The notes beneath the pieces were generated by a model that saw nothing but the letters and a program-made list of their open reading frames with translations, had not been told where the DNA came from and ran no database searches. A stretch of DNA of 64,000 nt from Rhodothermales bacterium (GTDB lineage: Bacteria > Bacteroidota > Rhodothermia > Rhodothermales > JAHQVL01), in assembly GCA_034439735.1 (NCBI GenBank), contig JAWXAX010000302.1, positions 40,338-104,337 on the forward strand, given 5' to 3'. The first letter of the stretch is position 1. Every line of letters begins with the position of its first letter. The position numbers and the translations under genes are program-made. This document shows, piece by piece, positions 27,183 through 35,718 of the stretch.

Positions 27183-28031
27183 CTACAATGCGCCACGTCC
27201 ATGGACGTATATGGCCACGGCCGGCGTCCACCCCAGCGCATAGTGCCGTTCGGCGGTGGCTTCGGCGTGAATCCACGTGGTTCGGACGGCCACGCCCGCC
27301 GATAGCCGCCATGGTTCCCCGGTCGCGCCGGCGCGCAGCGCCAGCGCCCGCACAGGACGCCACTCGAGGCCGGCATGGAGCGACGTCGACGCGCGGCCGC
27401 TCCGTCGGAGGGCGAGGAGGAGTGCGGTCTCGGGTGTCGGCTGGTACAGCGCGCCCAGGGCAAACCGCCGGGACAGGGGCTCGCCCGCAGCCCATCGGGG
27501 GCCATTGACGTTCTCCGCCGCCGCGCCCAGGCGGAGCGTGGGGACGACATCCACCTGCCAACCGGCGGAGAGTCCAATGGCCGTGGCGTTGCCGTAGTCC
27601 TCGATCGTAACCCGGTGCAGGGCGATACGGACGCCCATGGCGATGGGGCGATGGGTGCCGGGGAACAGGGGTCGCGCCACGCCGGCCAGCCAGCTGGATT
27701 CGCGGTAGGCCGCGTCGCCGAAACTGGCGGCGCCGGCCGCGACGACCGTCCGCCCAAGCGGCACCGCGACACGCGCGGCGCCTTCGCGTAGCTCGGGAAG
27801 ACCAAACCCCTCCGCGGCAAAGAAGCCCGCCGTCGCCGAGCGAATGGCCGCCCAGGACGCCGGGTTGGCGATCCCCCAGAGGTCGCCGCCGAGAGCCGGC
27901 GTGGCCCCGCCCAGAGCGATGGCGGCCGCGCCTTCACGCGCCGGTTGGGCGCCGGCGGCCCGCATGGGAAGGAGCAGAAGAAGGGCGATCACGCCGCGCA
28001 GTGCGGCGGAAGCTGGAGGCGAAGTGTGCAT
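27183..28031 (-). CDS. Putative outer-membrane beta-barrel, PorV/PorQ-like
   Basis: Signal peptide. AAAIALGGATPALGGDLWGIANPASWAAI resembles the N-terminal GG...NPA motif of PorV/PorQ/FadL-like barrels. Alternating strand pattern. Weak, by eye. Confidence 0.45.
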   Translation of the reverse strand: MHTSPPASAALRGVIALLLLLPMRAAGAQPAREGAAAIALGGATPALGGDLWGIANPASWAAIRSATAGFFAAEGFGLPELREGAARVAVPLGRTVVAAGAASFGDAAYRESSWLAGVARPLFPGTHRPIAMGVRIALHRVTIEDYGNATAIGLSAGWQVDVVPTLRLGAAAENVNGPRWAAGEPLSRRFALGALYQPTPETALLLALRRSGRASTSLHAGLEWRPVRALALRAGATGEPWRLSAGVAVRTTWIHAEATAERHYALGWTPAVAIYVHGRGAL

Positions 28032-28188
28032 CGGATACGATAGAGGCTGATGGACCGTTTCTCCTACTAGACGTATGTGCGTGCTCCCGCATACCGTCCG
28101 ACACAGCCAGTGCCCTCGCCGGCTGGAAACAGCACCCGCACTCGCTCGTAACAGCCTCGATTCGGAACCGTCAGTCTATCCTAACCGC

Positions 28189-29130
28189 ATGCCGAACCCA
28201 ACCCGACGCACGTCTCGCTTTTCTTCTCGCCTTATCCGCTTCCTGCTTCTGGGGTTGGGGGTTATGGTAGGGGCGCCGGCTACCGCGCCGACGGCCCACG
28301 CACAGGAATTTAACTGCCAGGTCACGGTCTCCATCGCCCAACTCACGGGCTCCGAGTTTACGTTCTTGCAGGAGCTTGGCGAACAGATCGAGCTCTATAT
28401 GAACGAGCGGTCTTTCACGCAGGACCGGTACCTGGATGTCGAGCGCATCGACTGCCTCATGCAGGTGATCTTCGAGGAAGCGGTCACCCTCACCAGCTTT
28501 CAGGCCCGGATCGTGTTATCCAGCCGGCGACCCATTTACGGTGTGCCGCAGGTCTCGACGGTCCTTCAAATCAGCGATACCGGCTGGCAGTTTAACTACG
28601 CCCAGGGGTCGCCGCTGGTATTCGATCTCGAGAAGTTCGATCCCCTGACGTCGGTGCTCAACTTCTACGCCTACATCATGCTGGGCTACGACTACGACAC
28701 ATTTGCGGAATTTGGAGGCTCCGCCCACTTCGAGCGGGCGCGGCGCATCGCGGCGCTGGCGGAGTCCCAGAACGCGCTCGGTTGGGTCGATCTGGGTGAC
28801 AACCGGGGCCGGAAAGATCTGATCGAGCAGGTGCTGGATCCCCGCTTTAAGCCACTCCGGAAGGTCTATTTCGACTACCACTACGCCGGCCTTGACGCCT
28901 TCGTCTCGGAGAATGAGGCGGCGCGAGGCAGTATTCTCGCGGCGATTGAGAGCCTGGACGCTCTTTATGATGAGATGTCGCGATCGTATGTGTTCGACAT
29001 CTTTTTCTCAAGCAAAGCCGAGGAGATCGCCGCGGTGTTTGACGACTCTCCCCTGAGTTCACAGGCGTACGATGTGCTCCGCCGTGTCGACCCCGCGAAC
29101 CTGTCGAAATACGATAAGCTGGTGAACTGA
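28189..29130 (+). CDS. DUF4835 family protein (T9SS PorD-like)
   Basis: ATG 28189. After the signal peptide, AQEFNCQVTVSIAQLTGSEFTFLQELGEQIELYMNERSFT ... ERIDCLMQVIF follows the DUF4835 pattern over the full length. Confidence 0.75.
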   Translation: MPNPTRRTSRFSSRLIRFLLLGLGVMVGAPATAPTAHAQEFNCQVTVSIAQLTGSEFTFLQELGEQIELYMNERSFTQDRYLDVERIDCLMQVIFEEAVTLTSFQARIVLSSRRPIYGVPQVSTVLQISDTGWQFNYAQGSPLVFDLEKFDPLTSVLNFYAYIMLGYDYDTFAEFGGSAHFERARRIAALAESQNALGWVDLGDNRGRKDLIEQVLDPRFKPLRKVYFDYHYAGLDAFVSENEAARGSILAAIESLDALYDEMSRSYVFDIFFSSKAEEIAAVFDDSPLSSQAYDVLRRVDPANLSKYDKLVN

Positions 29131-29250
29131 GGTAGTTGCAGGTTGGCAAGTTGGCATGTTGCAGGTTACGACCGATCGGAAACCTATCTACCTGCAACCC
29201 GCCAACCCGCCAACCTGCAACCTGCCAACCTGCAACCTGCCAACCATTCC
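29131..29250 (+). repeat. GCAGGTT/AACCTGC word hairpin, copy 2
   Basis: Starts right after the porD-like TGA: GGTAGTTGCAGGTTGGCAAGTTGGCATGTTGCAGGTTA. Spacer, then CCTGCAACCCGCCAACCCGCCAACCTGCAACCTGCCAACCTGCAACCTGCCAACC. Ends 3 nt before the convergent tRNA-Leu. Confidence 0.8.
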
Positions 29251-29253
29251 ATG

Positions 29254-29335
29254 TGCGAAAGGGGGGACTCGAACCCCCACTCCCTGAGGAACTAGATCCT
29301 AAGTCTAGCGCGTCTACCAATTCCGCCACTCTCGC
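29254..29335 (-). tRNA. tRNA-Leu (anticodon UAG)
   Basis: Folded by hand: acceptor GCGAGAG/CTTTCGC, D-arm GCG-GAATTGGTAGA-CGC, anticodon stem CTAGA/TCTAG with loop CTTAGGA, long variable arm, T-arm GGGGG-TTCGAGT-CCCCC, discriminator A. CCA not encoded. Confidence 0.9.
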
Positions 29336-29444
29336 ATGAGCGAAAATGATATGGCGCTGCACCCCTGGAGGTTCCGATGCCGCTTCGGCGGCGCGGTGGC
29401 CGGCCGGCAATGATGAACTATTTTCCCACCCAGACTACGACGTT

Positions 29445-31622
29445 ATGATCACTGGTATCGAGGCCCGCGGAAAGAGCCTGCTGGGCCTTCTGCTCTTGAG
29501 CGGTACGTTGCTTTCCGCTCAGGCGCAGCCCGAGCAGAACGACCCCTTGAAAGCGGGGCGGTTCGACAATGGGAAGATGTGGACGTTCGACTATCCGCCG
29601 GCCGACTACTTCGAGGAGGCCTATGGTTTTTCGCCGGATGAGGCCTGGTTCGATCGGGCGCGTCTGGGGGCGCTTCGCATCCCGGGCTGCACGGCGTCGT
29701 TCGTTAGTTCGACGGGTCTGGTGCTCACCAACCACCATTGCGGCCGCGGTCCGGTGGCTCAGGTGACGCAGGCCGGCGAAAACCTTTTGGACGATGGCTT
29801 TTATGCCCCCTCGCTGGCCGAAGAGCGGATCGTTCCCGGTTTCTATGCGGATCAGATGATCGCCATCGCCGATGTGACCGACGAGGTTTTCGCGGCCCAG
29901 CAGGGCATGGAGACCGACGCGGAGCGGGCGGCGGCGCGCGATGAGGCTGTACAGCGCATCCAGGACCGCCTCACGACGGAAGCCGGCGGCGCCGAAGCCG
30001 GCATCGTGGTCGAGGTCACCCCCCTGTACCACGGAGGTCGCTACTCGGCCTACACCTTCCGCCGCTACCCGGATGTCCGCCTCGTGATGGCGCCGGAACT
30101 CCAGATGGGCTTTTTTGGCGGCGACGATGATAATTTCACCTTTCCCCGATACGCGCTCGACATGACTTTTTTCCGGGTGTACGACGACGCCGGCGAGCCG
30201 CTCGAAACGGAGCACTACTTCACCTGGAGCCTCGAAGGCGTGCAGCCGGGGCATCCGGTGTTCGTCATCGGCAACCCGGGTAGCACGAGCCGCCTCGAGA
30301 CTGTCGCCCAGCTTGACCTCCGCCGCGACGTGACGGACAAAAGCCTGCTCGCGTTTGTCTCCAGCCGCCTCGCCGCCCTCGAACGGTACCAGGAATCCCT
30401 GCCGCCGTCGCAACGTTCGGACGCGACGCGCAATCAGATCTTTTCGCTGCGGAATGCCCAGAAGGCGTATACCGGGCAGCAGGCCGCACTGGTCGATCCC
30501 GTGGTGGTCGCGCGTAAAAAAGATGCCGAGCGCGCGTTTATGGAGGCGATCCGGGCGGATGCCGCGTTGACCGCCACCTATGGGTCCGTGATTTCGGAGA
30601 TAGCCGAAACCCAGACGAGCTTCCGCGAGCTCGGCGCTGAATACGGCGCATTCTTCGGCCTCACCAGCGCCGCCTATTCTTCGGCGCTGATGCGGCGGGC
30701 GATAGCCGCCTACACCTACCTGGAACGCCGGGCAGCTGGCCAGCAAGGCGCGGCCCTCGACCCCCTTGAAACGCAGATCAACGGCATCGCCGATCAGCCC
30801 GAGGGGCTCGCCCGTGAACTGCTCGCGACCCGCCTGCACGATTTTTTGACGTACTTCGGAACGGAGGACACAGTGGTGCAAACTGCGCTCGCCGGCGCCT
30901 CGCCGGAGGACCGCGCCGCGGCGCTCCTCGCGTCGTCCGCCCTCGCCACCGCCGAGAAGACACAGCAGGCGATGGCAAATGAGACGCTCACGATGGAGGA
31001 TCCCGCGGTGATCCTGGTCGGCGCCTTCATCCAGCGATATCGTGACTTTCAGAGCGCCTCGGCCGGGCTCACCGGCCGGCAGAACGAACTAGCCAGCCAA
31101 CTCGGCCGGGCGCGCTTCGCGGTGTATGACACGGACGTTCCACCCGACGCCACGTTTTCGCTCCGCATCGCCGACGGGGTCGTCGCCGGCTACCCCTACA
31201 ACGGCACCTTTGCCTCGCCGTTCACCAGCTTCTACGGGTTGTACGATCACTATTATTCCTACGGAGCAGGCTCCGCGTGGGACCTGCCGGCGCGCTGGCT
31301 CAAGCCGCCGGCGACCTTCGATATGGGGGTACCCATGAACTTCGCCTCGACGAACGACATCATCGGCGGCAATTCCGGCTCTCCGGTCTTGAATCAGGAC
31401 CTCGAACTGGTGGGCCTCATCTTCGACGGCAACATCGAGAGCCTCGCCGGCGAGTTTATGTATCTCCCCGAGAAAAACCGCGCGGTGTCTGTTGATGCCC
31501 GCGGTATACTGGAGGCGCTGGATGAGATCTACGATGCGGATCGGATCGTCCTCGAACTCACGGAGGACGAACTCGTCCCTACCGAGGACGAGGCCGACCG
31601 TAGCCGCGGCAGCCAGCGCTGA
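29445..31622 (+). CDS. S46 family dipeptidyl-peptidase (DPP7/DPP11-like), paralog 1
   Basis: ATG 29445 with type I signal peptide. Catalytic His block GLVLTNHHCG and Ser block IIGGNSGSPVLNQDLELVGLIFDGN. Confidence 0.85.
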   Translation: MITGIEARGKSLLGLLLLSGTLLSAQAQPEQNDPLKAGRFDNGKMWTFDYPPADYFEEAYGFSPDEAWFDRARLGALRIPGCTASFVSSTGLVLTNHHCGRGPVAQVTQAGENLLDDGFYAPSLAEERIVPGFYADQMIAIADVTDEVFAAQQGMETDAERAAARDEAVQRIQDRLTTEAGGAEAGIVVEVTPLYHGGRYSAYTFRRYPDVRLVMAPELQMGFFGGDDDNFTFPRYALDMTFFRVYDDAGEPLETEHYFTWSLEGVQPGHPVFVIGNPGSTSRLETVAQLDLRRDVTDKSLLAFVSSRLAALERYQESLPPSQRSDATRNQIFSLRNAQKAYTGQQAALVDPVVVARKKDAERAFMEAIRADAALTATYGSVISEIAETQTSFRELGAEYGAFFGLTSAAYSSALMRRAIAAYTYLERRAAGQQGAALDPLETQINGIADQPEGLARELLATRLHDFLTYFGTEDTVVQTALAGASPEDRAAALLASSALATAEKTQQAMANETLTMEDPAVILVGAFIQRYRDFQSASAGLTGRQNELASQLGRARFAVYDTDVPPDATFSLRIADGVVAGYPYNGTFASPFTSFYGLYDHYYSYGAGSAWDLPARWLKPPATFDMGVPMNFASTNDIIGGNSGSPVLNQDLELVGLIFDGNIESLAGEFMYLPEKNRAVSVDARGILEALDEIYDADRIVLELTEDELVPTEDEADRSRGSQR

Positions 31623-31640
31623 GCGCGCCGCCTGCCCCCT

Positions 31641-31690
31641 CGATAGCGTTTGAACGATAGCGTTTGAACGATAGCTTTTGAACTATCTTA
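31641..31690. repeat. 14-bp tandem repeat CGATAGCGTTTGAA x3.5 between the S46 paralogs
   Basis: CGATAGCGTTTGAA CGATAGCGTTTGAA CGATAGCTTTTGAA CTATCTTA read directly. Ends 4 nt before ATG 31695. Confidence 0.9.
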
Positions 31691-31694
31691 GCCG

Positions 31695-33941
31695 ATGATT
31701 TTCATGACAGCATTCGCGCGCCCAGCACTCGTCGCCCTCGCCCTGGTTCTGATGACCGGCTGCGCCACGACGACCAGTGAGATGGCCGTCATCACCGAGC
31801 GCCCCCGGCCAGCCGCGCCCCCAACCGTCACGCCGGCGGCCGACGTGACGACGCCCGCCCCTGAAGAGACCATCCAGCCCGGCCGGTTTGATGGCGGTAA
31901 GATGTGGACGTTCGACAACCCGCCGCTCGAGTACTTCCGCGAAGCGTACGGTCTCGAACTGAATGATCAGTGGTTTGAAGTCGCCAGCCGGAGCGCTCTG
32001 CGTTTCGGCGAGAGCTGCTCAGCCTCGTTTGTCTCCCGTCGCGGCCTTGTGATGACCAACCACCACTGCGCCCGTGAGAGCATCACCAAAGTAAGCGGCG
32101 CCGGCGAGTCCTTGCTCGATGACGGGTTCTACGCGACCTCCCTCGACGCCGAACGGAAAGTGGAGGACCTGTATGTCGATCAGCTGCTGTTTATCGCGGA
32201 CGTGACGGATAAGCTTACCGATGACATCCCGGACTATCAAAACGACGAAGAGGAGGCCGACGCGCGCGAGCGCGCCATCGAAGCACTCGAAGAGCGGATG
32301 ACCCGCGACGCGCGCGGTCAGGATACCACGCATATCGTGCAGATCGTCCCGCTGTACAACGGCGGTAAGTATTCGGCCTACACGTTTAAGCGCTACAGCG
32401 ACGTGCGCCTCGTGGTCGCGCCTGAGCTGCTGATGGGCAAGTTCGGCGGCGATCCGGACAACTTCACGTATCCGCGGTATTCGCTGGACATGACGTTCTT
32501 CCGGGTGTATGGCCCCGACGGGGCGCCCATAGAAACCCGCTATTTCTTCCCGTGGAGCACCGCCGGCGTGCAGGAAGGTGACCCCGTTTTTGTGGTCGGT
32601 AACCCTGGCTCCACCAGCCGGCTCAATACCATCAGCCAGCTGGAGTATGAGCGCGACTTCGACCTCCCGCAGCAGCTCGAAGTGCTGACCGCGTTCGCCG
32701 GCATCATGAAGACTTACCTCGATACCCAGCCACCCGGTGACGCGAACGGGGACATACGGAACGATTATTACTCGCTCTCCAACTCGATCAAGGCGATGGA
32801 GGGCCAGCTTGCCGGTCTCCGCGATCCCGCGCTTATGGCGCGCAAACGCGCTGCCGAGCAGAACCTCCGCCGCGCCATCGACGCCGACCCGAAGCTGAAG
32901 GCCGACTACGGGAACGTGCTAGATGACCTCCTTGCCGTGCAGGCTTCTAAGAAGGCAACGGCCCGCCAGGCCGGCGCGCTCACCTTTTATGGCTCCGCGC
33001 TAGGGTCGCGCATCCTCACTCGCGCACTCTACGGCTATGCCTACACGCTCCTCAAACAACGCGGCGCTACGCAAACAACCCTCGACGAGCTGCTCAAGGA
33101 CGCCAACGAACTGAAAGATTACCCGCCTGAAGTGGAACGCAGCCTCATCGTGGCCCGCATCCGTCAAATGGAAAGATACCTCGGCCGCACGGACCCCACC
33201 ATTCGTGGCATGCTCCAGGGCCTCACGCCCGAAGCGTTGGCGGATACCCTGGTCGCCACCTCCGCCCTCGTCGATTCCGCCCGATTCGTCGTCCTGCTGG
33301 ATGGCACCTACCTCTCCAGCAAAGACGCGTCGGTGCCCGTCATCAACGCCCTCGCGCCCCTGTATTTTACGCTCGGCCAGCAGATCGGAAGCTTTGGCGA
33401 CCGCGAGGGCAATCTCAACGCCGAACTCTCCCGCGCTCGCTTCGCCGTCGACGGCTTCACCAGCCCGCCGGACGCGACCTTCTCGCTGCGCCTCACCGAT
33501 GGCGTCGTACAGGGTTATGCCTACAACGGAACAGTCGCACCGTACAAGACGACTTTTTATGGTGTTTACGATCACTATGTGACCTACGGCCCGAACTCCG
33601 AGTGGGATCTGCCCGAAGCCTGGAAGCGTGTGCCTCCTGGCCTCGACCTGTCTACCCCGCTCAATCTGGTTTCCACCAACGACATCACCGGCGGTAACTC
33701 TGGCTCCCCGCTGCTCAACAAGAATCTAGAAGTGGTGGGATTGATCTTCGACGGCAATATCGAATCGCTGCCCAACGAGTATGTTTATACCGACAAAGCC
33801 GCCCGCGCCATCTCGGTTGACGCTCGCGGGATTCTGGAAGCGCTGGATGAGATGTACGACGCCGATCGGATCGTCCTCGAGCTGACCGCCGGCCAGATGA
33901 CGGCGACAGAGCAGGAAGCGGATGCGGTGAGAGGGGAATGA
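31695..33941 (+). CDS. S46 family dipeptidyl-peptidase, paralog 2 (lipoprotein signal)
   Basis: LVLMTGC lipobox. GLVMTNHHCA and ITGGNSGSPLLNKNLEVVGLIFDGN. Collinear with paralog 1. Confidence 0.85.
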   Translation: MIFMTAFARPALVALALVLMTGCATTTSEMAVITERPRPAAPPTVTPAADVTTPAPEETIQPGRFDGGKMWTFDNPPLEYFREAYGLELNDQWFEVASRSALRFGESCSASFVSRRGLVMTNHHCARESITKVSGAGESLLDDGFYATSLDAERKVEDLYVDQLLFIADVTDKLTDDIPDYQNDEEEADARERAIEALEERMTRDARGQDTTHIVQIVPLYNGGKYSAYTFKRYSDVRLVVAPELLMGKFGGDPDNFTYPRYSLDMTFFRVYGPDGAPIETRYFFPWSTAGVQEGDPVFVVGNPGSTSRLNTISQLEYERDFDLPQQLEVLTAFAGIMKTYLDTQPPGDANGDIRNDYYSLSNSIKAMEGQLAGLRDPALMARKRAAEQNLRRAIDADPKLKADYGNVLDDLLAVQASKKATARQAGALTFYGSALGSRILTRALYGYAYTLLKQRGATQTTLDELLKDANELKDYPPEVERSLIVARIRQMERYLGRTDPTIRGMLQGLTPEALADTLVATSALVDSARFVVLLDGTYLSSKDASVPVINALAPLYFTLGQQIGSFGDREGNLNAELSRARFAVDGFTSPPDATFSLRLTDGVVQGYAYNGTVAPYKTTFYGVYDHYVTYGPNSEWDLPEAWKRVPPGLDLSTPLNLVSTNDITGGNSGSPLLNKNLEVVGLIFDGNIESLPNEYVYTDKAARAISVDARGILEALDEMYDADRIVLELTAGQMTATEQEADAVRGE

Positions 33942-33959
33942 CCCCTCACCCCCACACCC

Positions 33960-34391
33960 CTACCTCTGCCTTTCCCACTCCTCGAATTTCTTGATTTCCG
34001 GCCTGAGAGCCTGGTAGAGGAGCGCGATGACCGTTGCGTCATCCAGATAACCGATGCCGGGCAGGAAATCGACGATCAGGTCCATGGGGCTGATGAAATA
34101 CAGCAGGCCGGCCGTGATGAGCACCAGCGGAGTCTTGGAGAAGCTGGTGTATTCCCCACGCAACCACCGATAGAGGAGACGGGCGAAGGCGCCGACTTCG
34201 GTGCGGAAGCGCGGGAGAAGCGCCGGCGTGTGGCCCATCTTGTCGACCACCTTGCGGAGCAGGTTCCATAACCTCACTCGCCGGCCGATCAGGCCATGCG
34301 CCTTTCCGATGCTTCGCCGCAACAGGGGTTTAAAAACCTTGAAGAGAAGCGCCGGCGCGAGTCGGCGGGATCCGGCGGAGCGATGATTCAT
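33960..34391 (-). CDS. DUF1232 (YkvA-like) membrane protein
   Basis: LLYFISPMDLIVDFLPGIGYLDDATVIALL is the DUF1232 core motif. Confidence 0.75.
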   Translation of the reverse strand: MNHRSAGSRRLAPALLFKVFKPLLRRSIGKAHGLIGRRVRLWNLLRKVVDKMGHTPALLPRFRTEVGAFARLLYRWLRGEYTSFSKTPLVLITAGLLYFISPMDLIVDFLPGIGYLDDATVIALLYQALRPEIKKFEEWERQR

Positions 34392-34498
34392 GGGGGCCCT
34401 GGGAGGTAAGCTTGCAGATCAGCCATAGAATAGCGATTCTGCGGCAAAAATCACAGCCCGGCGTCTTTCTTCAGCCCCCGGCCCTTGCTTCTGAGGGG

Positions 34499-34678
34499 CA
34501 GACACTGTTTCACACGCTGCGGCCGACACTGCGGCAGACACTGCGGAAGACACTGTTTCACACACTGCGGCAGACACTGCGGCAGACACTGCGGCAGACA
34601 CTGCGGCAGACACTGCGGCAGACACTGCGGTAGACACTGTTTCACACACTGCGGCAGACACTGCGGCAGAAACGGTGG
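34499..34678. repeat. 12-bp-period tandem array (15 phased units) of CAGACACTGCGG with three CACTGTTTCACAC variants
   Basis: Read directly: 9 short units plus 3 double-length units CAGACACTGTTTCACAC(G/A)CTGCGG. Unit junctions create the 9-bp palindrome CTGCGGCAG every 12 bp. All six frames are open across it. Confidence 0.9.
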
Positions 34679-34889
34679 ACCGACGCGGCGTTTCCGGTAA
34701 TGGGGAGACGTCGGGACGTACACGATCGAGGTGACTCGGGAAGGCGCGAAGGCGCGCGAAACGCTCGTGATTGAGGCCGCCGTCCGGCGTTGAGAAAAAA
34801 ACGTGTCAGTGTCGTGCAGAAGCGCTATTTTCGCCCTATCCACCAAACACGCCAGACGCGCGACGCGGTACATGCAAGGAGAAAAAGAT

Positions 34890-35546
34890 ATGGCGCCGAT
34901 CCGGGTGGTCCTCGCGGACGACCACCCGCCGCTCCGCGCCGGCATCCGGATGCGTCTCGAGCAGGAGCGAGACATCACCGTCATCGCCGAGGCCGACAAC
35001 GGCCGCGACGCGTTGCGGCTGGTACGCGATCTCAAACCTCATCTGCTGGTGCTGGACATGGAGATGCCCGACATGACGGGGTTGGATGTCGCTCGACAGT
35101 TGCGAGAGTCGGACGATACGATCCGCATACTCATCCTCAGCGCCCACGAAAACGACGACTATCTCGAGCAGCTCTTCGAGAGCGGCGCGGCGTCGGGTTA
35201 TCTCACCAAACAGGAATCTCTCGAGACGATTGTGGCCGCCGTTCGCGGCGTGGCGCGTGGTGAGGAGGGCTGGCTGAGCCGCGAGGTGGCGGCGGCCATG
35301 ATGAAGCAGCGCCGGGGCGGATCGCACAAGGCGGACCCTGCGATGCAGGAGTTAAGCCGGCGTGAGATCGAAGTCCTCAAGATGGTCGCCCGCGGTTTCA
35401 ACAACATCCAGATCGGCGATGAGCTGTTCATCGCGGAAAGTACCGTCAAAAAACACGTCAGCAACATCTACACAAAGCTCGAATTGGGCTCGCGCGCCGA
35501 AGCGGCGGCGTGGGCCTGGCGGCAGGGTCTGGTCGAGAAAGACTGA
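34890..35546 (+). CDS. NarL/FixJ-family response regulator (receiver + LuxR-type HTH)
   Basis: ATG 34890 preceded by AGGAGAAAAAG. IRVVLADDHPPLR, HLLVLDMEMPDMTG, and HTH LSRREIEVLKMVARGFNNIQIGDELFIAESTVKKHVSNIYTKL. No histidine kinase adjacent. Confidence 0.9.
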   Translation: MAPIRVVLADDHPPLRAGIRMRLEQERDITVIAEADNGRDALRLVRDLKPHLLVLDMEMPDMTGLDVARQLRESDDTIRILILSAHENDDYLEQLFESGAASGYLTKQESLETIVAAVRGVARGEEGWLSREVAAAMMKQRRGGSHKADPAMQELSRREIEVLKMVARGFNNIQIGDELFIAESTVKKHVSNIYTKLELGSRAEAAAWAWRQGLVEKD

Positions 35547-35718
35547 TCCAGAGTACGAATCATTTCGGCACAGTGTTTGACAAAGGATTTTCAGAAATCG
35601 AAACTCTGTGGTCACGCTGCGCATGGACCCTTACGTGCACGGATGACGCATGGAACGCCGTAAACGGCGCCCCTGACCATTCGCTTTAGGTCTCGCGGGC
35701 GCATCGCTCTGAAAGGCC

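Noticed and set aside
27176-27937. Alternative 253-aa ORF in another frame of the PorV/PorQ-like gene. Other overlapping ORFs at 27016..27561 and 27089..27508
   Set aside because: They have Arg/Pro-rich composition and no signal peptide. The 27183..28031 frame has a signal peptide and a beta-barrel-like alternation.
29418-30881. 487-aa minus-strand ORF antisense to S46 paralog 1. Similar long antisense ORFs at 38925..40322, 41750..42811, 17474..18328, 4239..5303, 1642..2136 and 60169..61074
   Set aside because: These are typical GC-rich shadow ORFs with Arg/Gly/Ala/Pro-rich nonsense composition. Each is fully overlapped by a gene with clear family motifs on the other strand.
34499-34678. Possible CRISPR array (also considered for 63615-63764, 12403-12445 and 31641-31690)
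   Set aside because: Units are 7-14 bp and directly abutting, with no unique spacers. There are no cas genes in the window. These are micro- or minisatellite-type tandem repeats.
34412-35035. ORFs reading through the 12-bp array (for example TLRQTLRQTLRQ, CGRHCGRHCGRH and the 194-aa minus-strand ORF), which could be repeat proteins
   Set aside because: The 12-bp period keeps all six frames open, so ORF length carries no information. There is no start context or signal, and the arrays are better explained as non-coding tandem DNA.
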